From contig JBAZKQ010000001.1 in the NCBI GenBank assembly GCA_041650715.1, positions 587,146-651,145 on the forward strand: a DNA stretch of 64,000 nt, in the 5' to 3' direction. The notes under the pieces were generated by a model, which was not told where the DNA came from, made no database searches, and saw only the letters and a program-made list of their open reading frames with translations. Shown here piece by piece: positions 38,338 to 46,051 of this stretch. The DNA comes from Patescibacteria group bacterium (GTDB lineage Bacteria > Patescibacteriota > Patescibacteriia > Patescibacteriales > UBA12465). The position numbers were made by a program, and so were the translations under genes. Numbering within the stretch: the first letter of the stretch is position 1; every line of letters starts with the position of its first letter.

Positions 38338-39888
38338 TCATTTTTGATAATAGAAATCAAATAAAACTTCATTTAAAAAGGGGGAATAAAAACTGTCCGT
38401 TTGCGCCGGAAAGTCGACGCGCAAAAAATAATTATTTTCTACCGTCGCCTTAAAAGTTTGGTTCAAATTTTGTCCGCTCGGCAGCTCTTGCCAAAAATTA
38501 TTGTCCGTCGAGAATGAAAGCTTCCCTTCCGAACAAGGATTATCGGGAGAACCTAACTTGCTGGCGGCCAATTTTTTAATAGTTATCCCCGGTTCGGCAA
38601 TAATGGCATTATAAATTAACTCACCCGGCATTCTACTCTCAAAACCACGATCAGTAAAAACCCGGTTCGTCTCCATATTGTCCTGCCTAATCGTGGCCAG
38701 CAAGACGAACTTATCGGCCGCTGCCGCGACAAGGCGGAAAGAGGCCGATTCCCCGGAATTACTAAAGATATTTTGATAATCAGCTTCACCACTAATTTTA
38801 CCATCACTATTTTGCCAAAGTTTAATGAGCCGCGGACGACCCAAGCTCGAGCTATAGATATACCAATTAACAACCCGTCCATTAGTGGCTTTGATAATTT
38901 CCGGCCTAAAACCGGTCGCCATTACCCGAAAATCAAAAAAAGTACTGATATCCGTTACCGTAGCAGCCTGAAAACGATAGGCCTCACCGCGATAAGCGCC
39001 ATAAATTACTAAATAATCAGTATCGGAACCGCCGAAGCCAAACTGCCCCAAATAAGGAGAACTAATTTTTTCGGTCTGGTCGCCGAAAATAAGCGGACTA
39101 AATTTATTGCCATCAAAAATGTAGACCCTCCCTTGATAAGCGTCGCCCTCTTTTAGAGTTAGTCCAAGCAACCAGCGGGTGTCAAGCGCGCCAATCGTTA
39201 AAGCGACCACGTCGGCGGCCTTAATTTCACCGGGCAAAGCGAGAGGCTTCCCCTGATAACTTAAATGCTTCCCCGTTTGTTCTAAACAATTTCCGCCGAG
39301 ACAGCGCCGGTCAGAAATAACGAGAGGCTCTAAAAAATCACTTATTTTATTTTGAGCTAATGAATTACTTTTAGCTAACTCCGCTTCATTTTTTAAACTT
39401 TGACCGGAAGATTCTTCTTCCCAGGTATAGCGCGGCGGAAAATAAACGGCCGCCGCCAAATCATCGCGATAAAGCGTGCTCGCCGCTGAATTTAGTAAAT
39501 AATCACTCGCGAAACTATCAAAAAACGAACTGAATATCTGCGGCTTATCATCCACAATAATCTCGGAACTTAAGCACGGAACGCCTCCGTCGAGATTATC
39601 CTGCTCAGATAAGCGGGTTTGGGACTGCTCTCGGCTTAAGATCCGTTCAGTCATCGAGCCGGAATTCGAACCTTGATTAGCGGCCGCAAAATAAGTCCGG
39701 CAGCAAAATATAGTCAAATAATAAACAGCAATTAAAAAAAGACTAAAAATAATTAAATAGCCTAAATTTAAAAAATATTTATTTTTAACAGTTTTTCGCA
39801 TAGCCCGCTTTATAGCGCTTAGACTCACTTTATGAAAATGCCCCGCTATAGAGCGGGGCATTTTATAAAAACCGAGATTATTGAACAA
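38338..39888 (-). CDS. Hypothetical membrane-anchored extracellular protein
   Basis: 516-aa ORF with one N-terminal TM; start uncertain. Confidence 0.65.
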   Translation of the reverse strand: MFNNLGFYKMPRSIAGHFHKVSLSAIKRAMRKTVKNKYFLNLGYLIIFSLFLIAVYYLTIFCCRTYFAAANQGSNSGSMTERILSREQSQTRLSEQDNLDGGVPCLSSEIIVDDKPQIFSSFFDSFASDYLLNSAASTLYRDDLAAAVYFPPRYTWEEESSGQSLKNEAELAKSNSLAQNKISDFLEPLVISDRRCLGGNCLEQTGKHLSYQGKPLALPGEIKAADVVALTIGALDTRWLLGLTLKEGDAYQGRVYIFDGNKFSPLIFGDQTEKISSPYLGQFGFGGSDTDYLVIYGAYRGEAYRFQAATVTDISTFFDFRVMATGFRPEIIKATNGRVVNWYIYSSSLGRPRLIKLWQNSDGKISGEADYQNIFSNSGESASFRLVAAAADKFVLLATIRQDNMETNRVFTDRGFESRMPGELIYNAIIAEPGITIKKLAASKLGSPDNPCSEGKLSFSTDNNFWQELPSGQNLNQTFKATVENNYFLRVDFPAQTDSFYSPFLNEVLFDFYYQK

Positions 39889-40549
39889 TCATTGTACCGA
39901 CTTCACCACGAGCGGCATGTCCAGGAATATCACAGCGGAAAGTATAGGTTCCCTTTTTCGGGGCGTTCCAGGACTTAACGCGTGTTTCTCCACCGGCAAC
40001 GCCAAGCGCAGTCGCAGTCAAAGCGGTGTCATCAGGCAAGAAAACGTGAGTAAAGCTATCAGTTGAAGTTAAAACAAAGTTAACCAATTGACCTTCCTTA
40101 ACCGTAAAGGTGTTCGGCACAAAACCAGCACCGCTCACTGATAATTTAACGGTATTAGCACCGGTCGGAACTTGGCTCGCAGAAATTGGAGCTGATTCTT
40201 TAGGGGCATCGGCTGAGGACGGCATAACATTCAATTTAACCGGCGTGCCTTCCGGGGTCACAACTTTATTCTCCTTTGTAACTAAGCTGGTTCCAGTCGC
40301 AACTGAAACGGACGAGGCGATAATTTCCGGAGTAGCCGTCGCCGTTGAAACGACATCCTTCGAAGGAGCGATTTCTTCAGGCGAAGTTGTCGCGTTGCTC
40401 GCTTCCTGAGTAGGAGTAGTTATCCCCCCAGTCGGCAATTGGATTTTCTTGCTTTGGCTAATCGCGACAATAATGATAATCACCACCACCGCAATAACTC
40501 CAAGCAAAATAAACACTTTTTTCTTGTTTGTTTGCATAGATTTAAACAA
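39878..40549 (-). CDS. Membrane-anchored cupredoxin-domain protein
   Basis: GFVPNTFTV...HVF...GTYTFRCDIPGHAARGEVG. Confidence 0.85.
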   Translation of the reverse strand: MFKSMQTNKKKVFILLGVIAVVVIIIIVAISQSKKIQLPTGGITTPTQEASNATTSPEEIAPSKDVVSTATATPEIIASSVSVATGTSLVTKENKVVTPEGTPVKLNVMPSSADAPKESAPISASQVPTGANTVKLSVSGAGFVPNTFTVKEGQLVNFVLTSTDSFTHVFLPDDTALTATALGVAGGETRVKSWNAPKKGTYTFRCDIPGHAARGEVGTMIVQ

Positions 40550-40566
40550 TTTATATTTTAATTAAT

Positions 40567-41151
40567 TTAACGGCTTGACGTATAATCGTACTTTACTTTT
40601 AAATTCAATCTCTGCTGTAAAAGATTCGCCTGCTTAAGTTTGCCCTGGGCGATTAACTTATAGGTTTCACCAAATTGCACAAAATTATCGGCATTGACCT
40701 CCGGTTTCCAGCCCTGGCCGACGATACTCCGCCAAGCCTGATAATCACCCGCCATAATAGCGGCATCAATCTCACTGATTTTAGTCGTCAATACTTGAAA
40801 ATCTTGCTTTAAATTTAATTGCTTTTTGATTAGATTCGCCTCTTCGACTTTACCTTGCTGCAAAAGACGATAAACTTCTGTAAATTGAGAAAAATTGTCG
40901 CTCGTAATCTTTGCCTTGAGACTTTTATCGGTAACAAGACTGCTCCAGGTAGCGTAATCATTATTCATAATCGCCTCCTCAATCGCCACATTCTTTTCTT
41001 GAATGATGGCATCGCGAGCCGCATTAGCCTCGACCATCGCTTTAACAAAGAGCGGGGTGAGGGCAGCCAAACAAAGAAGAATAAATCCGATGGCTGAAAA
41101 AATTAATAATTTTTTGTGGTCGTGGAGATAGTTTTTAAATCTCTGCGTCAT
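40567..41151 (-). CDS. Hypothetical protein with TM and two internal repeats
   Basis: IEEAIMNNDYATW...NFSQF...QQGK vs IDAAIMAGDYQAW...NFVQF...AQGK. Confidence 0.75.
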   Translation of the reverse strand: MTQRFKNYLHDHKKLLIFSAIGFILLCLAALTPLFVKAMVEANAARDAIIQEKNVAIEEAIMNNDYATWSSLVTDKSLKAKITSDNFSQFTEVYRLLQQGKVEEANLIKKQLNLKQDFQVLTTKISEIDAAIMAGDYQAWRSIVGQGWKPEVNADNFVQFGETYKLIAQGKLKQANLLQQRLNLKVKYDYTSSR

Positions 41152-41269
41152 AGATTTTTTTTAAATTAATTTTTGCGAAGTTATATAAAATTTAATATAT
41201 ACTAATTATAGCATTTCGCCTTTTGATTGGCAACAAGTTTAAGCAAGCCCGCTTGGTTCACCACCGTTT

Positions 41270-42502
41270 TTAGCGAAGCTGGTTCTTCTGATAATTATAG
41301 TCAAAAGACTGGTTAAAACTCGTAATTATCTTCCGGTCGTCAGTTACCAGAGCCGACTCATCGTTATTGTAGGCGCCGGCCCGGCTCCAATTATTCGTTC
41401 CGAAAAAAATCTTTTGATTATCCACAATCAGCAGATGGTAATGCAGGAAGGGATCGAGACTCTCTACCGAGCTGGAAGCTAAAGCACTTGCCTCGTCGCC
41501 ACGCGGCGCGTCACTTATAATCTCTAAATTATTTAATTGATATTTCTGCTTGGCGGCTATTAGATTCTGAAAAACCGAGCTTTTATTATATAAATTACGA
41601 TTATCGGTAATTATTGTCACTTTTACCCCGGCGCGGGCGCGGGTGATTATTTCGTTCGCCAAACCAGAATCGGTAAAATCCCAAATCATAATTCTGATTT
41701 CCTGTTTGGCGCTATGCAATAATGTATAAATTCGATTGCTTAGACTATTACCCGGTACGCCTGGACCAAACCAAACTTCATAATTAGAGCCGCCGGCCGT
41801 CATGCTTAAATCCCAGGGATTATATTTTTTATCGCTGAGTTTTTTCGGTCCCGATTCCCCCTTAGCTAAGCGCTCAAACTCTCGCCCAAAACTCTTGATA
41901 AATTCGGCGTTACTCGTAATCAAGATAAAGCTGGGGTCATACTTTTCTTGAAGTTCAGTCCAATTATAGGAACCAAAAATTAATTTCTGGTTAGCTTCCC
42001 CACGATCGATGAGCGCAAATTTATGATGCATCAAAATGGTCTTGCCACTCTTCTCTTCCCCCAAGTCTAAGCGCTTAATGTTCGCCGGCATATCGGGCAG
42101 AGCTTCGTCATGCACTTCCTTTTTTCGAAAATCAAGAACCAGGGTAACCTTAACGCCACGCTTGGCAGCCGCATAAATCGCGTCTCTGATGCGCGGCGAC
42201 TTTAAAGAGTAGACCGCAATCTCCAACGATTTTTGCGCCTGATTTATTTCCGCCTCAATCCGATCGGAAAAAACTGTTGTGCCAAGTTCGTCATTAAACA
42301 GAAGATCAGCAGAAACCGGTTCATTAGATTGGATAATACGCGCCGGTTTATTATTGGTCGCTAAATAATTAGTCACCGGCTCGGACCAGCGCCGGGTCAG
42401 CTGGGCGACGAAAAATAAAAGTCCTAAAACCAGAAAGACGAGCAGTGTAATCCGAACTGATTTTTTCTTGATAATTTTTCTAAGTGTTTTTTTAAATTTC
42501 AT
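41270..42502 (-). CDS. Membrane-anchored phospholipase D-family protein (two HKD-type motifs)
   Basis: HHKFALID...GSYNWT and HYHLLIVD...GTNNWS; N-terminal TM; ATG at 42502 overlaps the end of the upstream gene. Confidence 0.88.
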   Translation of the reverse strand: MKFKKTLRKIIKKKSVRITLLVFLVLGLLFFVAQLTRRWSEPVTNYLATNNKPARIIQSNEPVSADLLFNDELGTTVFSDRIEAEINQAQKSLEIAVYSLKSPRIRDAIYAAAKRGVKVTLVLDFRKKEVHDEALPDMPANIKRLDLGEEKSGKTILMHHKFALIDRGEANQKLIFGSYNWTELQEKYDPSFILITSNAEFIKSFGREFERLAKGESGPKKLSDKKYNPWDLSMTAGGSNYEVWFGPGVPGNSLSNRIYTLLHSAKQEIRIMIWDFTDSGLANEIITRARAGVKVTIITDNRNLYNKSSVFQNLIAAKQKYQLNNLEIISDAPRGDEASALASSSVESLDPFLHYHLLIVDNQKIFFGTNNWSRAGAYNNDESALVTDDRKIITSFNQSFDYNYQKNQLR

Positions 42503-44195
42503 AGTGTTCGCTAAAAGTATCTTTCCCGCTATCTTCCGTCGCGAAGAAAACGACAATACTGGTCGGCAAATTAACTCGCAGCAAGTTCAAAAGCGCGTCG
42601 CAGTCGGCGTCATGCAAATCCGCCCAATAATTATCCACCGCGACGAAATAGGGGCGATTAGCCAAACAGTAAGCGACTTGCAATAATAGATTATTCTTCG
42701 GACTCTTGGTAAATTTATGCGCCTTAAGGCGCCAATCTTCTTTTTCAAAAAATATTTCTTTCAATTCCGGGTGGCCGTTAACTAAAGCCGAGATGCTGGC
42801 AAAATCTTCTTGGCTAATACGACTTTTCTCCCGGCCAGCGACTACCTCGAGCAAGGTGCGTTCGCTTTTAAATTTAGGGTCAATAAAATAAAAGCTGGCA
42901 TAGTGCTGAAAAAAATCATTATAAAAATATCGTTTGTCACGCGCTTTAATAATCCAGGCCCGTCGTCCGTATTCCCCGCGTCCGCAGAAAAGAGTGGCGA
43001 GCGTGCTTTTACCGCTCCGCCGGGCGCCGCTTATTAAATACTGCTTCCCGACCTTAAAAATAAATCGTAAATTTTTATAATAAGGCGATTTCTTAAATAA
43101 TTTTACTTTCGCGGACTTAAAAATCAATTCTTTAAAGCGCGGTTTCAGGTCACGGCCGATTTCCGGTGCCGTATTTTTCGGAACCGACAAAGAAAGGCCG
43201 AAGGTAAACGGTACGGAATAGAGACCGATACGCAAACTTTCATAAAGCAGGCGGGAAAAATAAACCGTGAAAATAACTAAAGCAAATTTATCGTTCGAAT
43301 CCGTCGTGGCGATAAAGTTAGAAATCTGCTGGTCATAAACGCTAAAAATCCAACCGAAAAAGATAATCAAAATAAAGACAACGCTGGCGCCGAAGCGCAG
43401 CCAAATATCGCGGCGCACCCGGAAATACGAATCAAGATCGACGAGATTATTAAAATCATTTAGCGTGGCCCGCTCACGATGGAAATATTTAGTAAATTGC
43501 CAATCCGATAAAGTAAAGTCAACCAATTTAATTATCTTGGAATAAAAAGTCGTTTCCCGCGAAACATAATAACGGGAAATGAAATAAGCGATGCCGGCAA
43601 TAATTATATTGATAATGAGGCCCGCGACGTAAAAAATTATCAGATGAGTACTGAAAACAAAACATAAAAACAAAAGAATAAGCGAATATAATAGCCAGCG
43701 AAGCGATCCCGCCAGACTATTGGTGAATCCCATGGCGAGCAGCGGGAGATGATACGATATTTTAGCTAATAATAGCCCTTTACTGTCAAGGTTCGCCGCC
43801 GCCGCTTCAGAATTAAGAGAAAGCTTGAACCACTTTAAACGCAGATTATTAATTAATTTTATAACCAGCGTCCGTTCCAATTTGATCGCAAAATAAGAAG
43901 CAAATAAATAAATAAGAGCGCCAACGGCAATAAAAACGAAAACCCGGCTATTGCTCATGAGGCCATAAATTTGCCCGCCGTTCTTTAAATAACGATGGCT
44001 CAGCAAAATCAAAATAACTTCCAGTATTCCCTGCACCAGCAAAAAAACCAAGGCGCGGGTAATTAGTTTTTTATGGCGGCCAAAGAATCTAAAAAGAAAA
44101 GCAAAATCATCGCGCGTCGGCCAGAGCGGCGAATTCTCCATGCGCTCGCCACGGCGGCGGCGCATTAAACTAATTTTTTTTGAGTCGATTGACAT
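42492..44195 (-). CDS. ABC-exporter-like protein (TM domain fused to degenerate ATPase)
   Basis: About six hydrophobic helices, NNLRLKWF (ABC-TM1-like), Walker A GARRSGKST, Walker-B-like FVAVDN, no LSGGQ. Confidence 0.72.
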   Translation of the reverse strand: MSIDSKKISLMRRRRGERMENSPLWPTRDDFAFLFRFFGRHKKLITRALVFLLVQGILEVILILLSHRYLKNGGQIYGLMSNSRVFVFIAVGALIYLFASYFAIKLERTLVIKLINNLRLKWFKLSLNSEAAAANLDSKGLLLAKISYHLPLLAMGFTNSLAGSLRWLLYSLILLFLCFVFSTHLIIFYVAGLIINIIIAGIAYFISRYYVSRETTFYSKIIKLVDFTLSDWQFTKYFHRERATLNDFNNLVDLDSYFRVRRDIWLRFGASVVFILIIFFGWIFSVYDQQISNFIATTDSNDKFALVIFTVYFSRLLYESLRIGLYSVPFTFGLSLSVPKNTAPEIGRDLKPRFKELIFKSAKVKLFKKSPYYKNLRFIFKVGKQYLISGARRSGKSTLATLFCGRGEYGRRAWIIKARDKRYFYNDFFQHYASFYFIDPKFKSERTLLEVVAGREKSRISQEDFASISALVNGHPELKEIFFEKEDWRLKAHKFTKSPKNNLLLQVAYCLANRPYFVAVDNYWADLHDADCDALLNLLRVNLPTSIVVFFATEDSGKDTFSEHYEI

Positions 44196-45390
44196 GCTGG
44201 CTTGATAAGAAATGTTTATAAATCGAGACTAAGGGGATGCCTTTTAACTTTTCGTTAAGAAGGCGCCGGTTTTTAGGGGTATAGGTACCAAAAAAATAAC
44301 GGGTTAAAATATGGAAGAAAGCTTCGGAAACCGCTCGGACTTCTTCGGACTTAGTCACTAACTTTTTTTGCTCGGCAATTTGCTTAAACTGTTCGTATAA
44401 ATTATTGCGCTCTCTTTTCAAGGACTTAGTGATAAAATCCTTTTTCCTTTGCTCGTCATGCACGCGGTAATAATCAAATTGTGCACTCCAGCGCTTCAGC
44501 ATCTGCTTTAGGAAGCCCGGCTCCAGCCCGATAGCACCCGCGTTAAAATTATAACCTAAAAAATTAAAAACATCGTTAGCGCGGCCCAGTCTGGTTTTCT
44601 TTTCATTAATTTTTAAACCCAGTTCTCCCGCCGCCATTACCAAATGCTCATATAAAGGCTGCAGCCGTTCCGCTTTTTGATCAAAAATAATTAAATCATC
44701 GCCGACGCGGCGATAAAAGTCGGCTCGTGGGCCCGAGTATTTATCAAAATCATCCAAATATAAATTATTAAATAGAGCGACGAGCGGGACGCCCTGAATG
44801 ATACCCACTTCCCGGTTAACGACTTTGCCGTCCTTAATAATTTTATTGCCGATAAAGAGCTTTAAAAGTTTATAGACGTCACCCTCAAAATTCAGTTTCT
44901 CGATTTTTTTGAGCAGCAATACGGGGCTGATATAATTGGAGTAATCCGTTAAATCGGCGACCAGCGCAAAATCGCGATTATGATATTTTTTATAATGACG
45001 CACAACGCTGCGCGCGGCGAAATAACTTTGGTGCGAAGAACGATAGGAAAATAACCACTCGGAAAAATAAGCGTCGAAAAAGGGTTCAACTATTTGATAA
45101 ATCGCCTGCGCTTTGACTCTTTCCTTGAGATTATAAATATAGATCTCCCGCATTTTCTGGGGATTGTTTTTTTTCGGAATCGTAAAAAGAACGGCCGGCG
45201 AAAGCTCTTTAAAGGCAATCATTTCGCGGCGCACTTCCTTAATTAATTTAGCGGGATCAACCTCTAAATCACCTTGTTTCAAACCGTCATAACCCGCATA
45301 GCGCCCGGCGCGGCCGTCTGCATCCATTTGCTCGGCCAATTTCAAATAAGCCTTTTCGAGATTATCACGGGAAATTATTTCTTTAAACAT
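44170..45390 (-). CDS. Reverse transcriptase, group II intron-like, VGDD catalytic motif
   Basis: IISRDNLEKAY...AGYDG (RT0), IPKKN..REIYI, FSYR, ADLTDYSN, GIIQGVPL..LFNNLYL, RVGDDLII, KINEKKT, FNFLGY; ATG at 45390 (TTG at 45402 also possible). Confidence 0.92.
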   Translation of the reverse strand: MFKEIISRDNLEKAYLKLAEQMDADGRAGRYAGYDGLKQGDLEVDPAKLIKEVRREMIAFKELSPAVLFTIPKKNNPQKMREIYIYNLKERVKAQAIYQIVEPFFDAYFSEWLFSYRSSHQSYFAARSVVRHYKKYHNRDFALVADLTDYSNYISPVLLLKKIEKLNFEGDVYKLLKLFIGNKIIKDGKVVNREVGIIQGVPLVALFNNLYLDDFDKYSGPRADFYRRVGDDLIIFDQKAERLQPLYEHLVMAAGELGLKINEKKTRLGRANDVFNFLGYNFNAGAIGLEPGFLKQMLKRWSAQFDYYRVHDEQRKKDFITKSLKRERNNLYEQFKQIAEQKKLVTKSEEVRAVSEAFFHILTRYFFGTYTPKNRRLLNEKLKGIPLVSIYKHFLSSQHVNRLKKN

Positions 45391-45400
45391 AAAAAAAATC

Positions 45401-45698
45401 AAATACCCTGGTCGCTACTTCTAAGCTGACCGAACCTTAACGGACGGCCATCATTTAAATGACAATGAGTCTTTCCCTTGATAAGGGAGAGATTTTCTTT
45501 TCGACTATTACATATCTAATATGTGATAGTCTTTTCGCACGGCCGTAAGGCTTTGCGATTTTTCGCGGACGTAAGTCTGCGTTTTTTCGGATTTAATTAA
45601 TTCATAAAATGCCACCGGCACTAGCGGTTTTTTTATGGCATCAACCGATTAATTCTTAATGCCTCTTTCGAGTTTTAGAAGTAGTCGCCAGGATATTT
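45401..45698. ncRNA. Structured RT-associated non-coding unit, copy 1 (298 nt)
   Basis: 24-bp imperfect terminal inverted repeat (45401-45424 / 45675-45698), several internal hairpins, homologous to copy 2 with compensatory changes, 10 nt from the RT start. Confidence 0.8.
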
Positions 45699-45729
45699 AA
45701 TTTTAAAATTACTAAAAACTGTTAACTAT

Positions 45730-46002
45730 AAATATCCTGATAACTACTCCTAAGCTGGTCAAACCTTTACGGACGACCATCATTTAAATGACAATGAGTC
45801 CTCTTCTTGAGAAGGAGAGGATTTTCTTTCGCTATTGCATAGTTTACTATGCAGTAGTCTTATACGTGAAGCCGCAAGGCAACATGTATAATTCGGATTT
45901 AATTAATTCATGAGCGTCACCGGCATTAGCGGTTTTTTGCGGCGCCGACCGATTAATTCTTAATGCCTCTTACGAGTTTTAGAAGTAGTTGTCAGGATAT
46001 TT
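45730..46002. ncRNA. Structured RT-associated non-coding unit, copy 2 (273 nt)
   Basis: 24-bp imperfect terminal inverted repeat (45730-45753 / 45979-46002), same conserved blocks as copy 1, different central hairpins. Confidence 0.8.
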
Positions 46003-46051
46003 AATTTTAAAAATACAGAGACTTTACGATCGCTCTAATTTATTATGTCAT

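Noticed and set aside
44170-45698. Canonical retron
   Set aside because: Inverted arms are retron-like, but the RT lacks the VTG and clear NAxxH signatures, has group II-type RT0, and the ncRNA is arrayed; kept only as an analogy
44170-46002. Diversity-generating retroelement
   Set aside because: The two repeats are both non-coding, differ at all base types and by indels, and match no nearby ORF end; the RT lacks the DGR SQ motif and there is no Avd-like gene
44170-46002. Group II intron
   Set aside because: The RT stop overlaps the next gene so no domain V/VI can follow; the upstream region is two self-closed repeats, not intron domains I-III; catalytic motif is VGDD
45401-46012. CRISPR array or MITE pair
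   Set aside because: Only two long units with no short repeat-spacer periodicity and no cas genes; no target-site duplications seen, and internal covariation suggests a functional fold (MITE not fully excluded without a genome-wide search)
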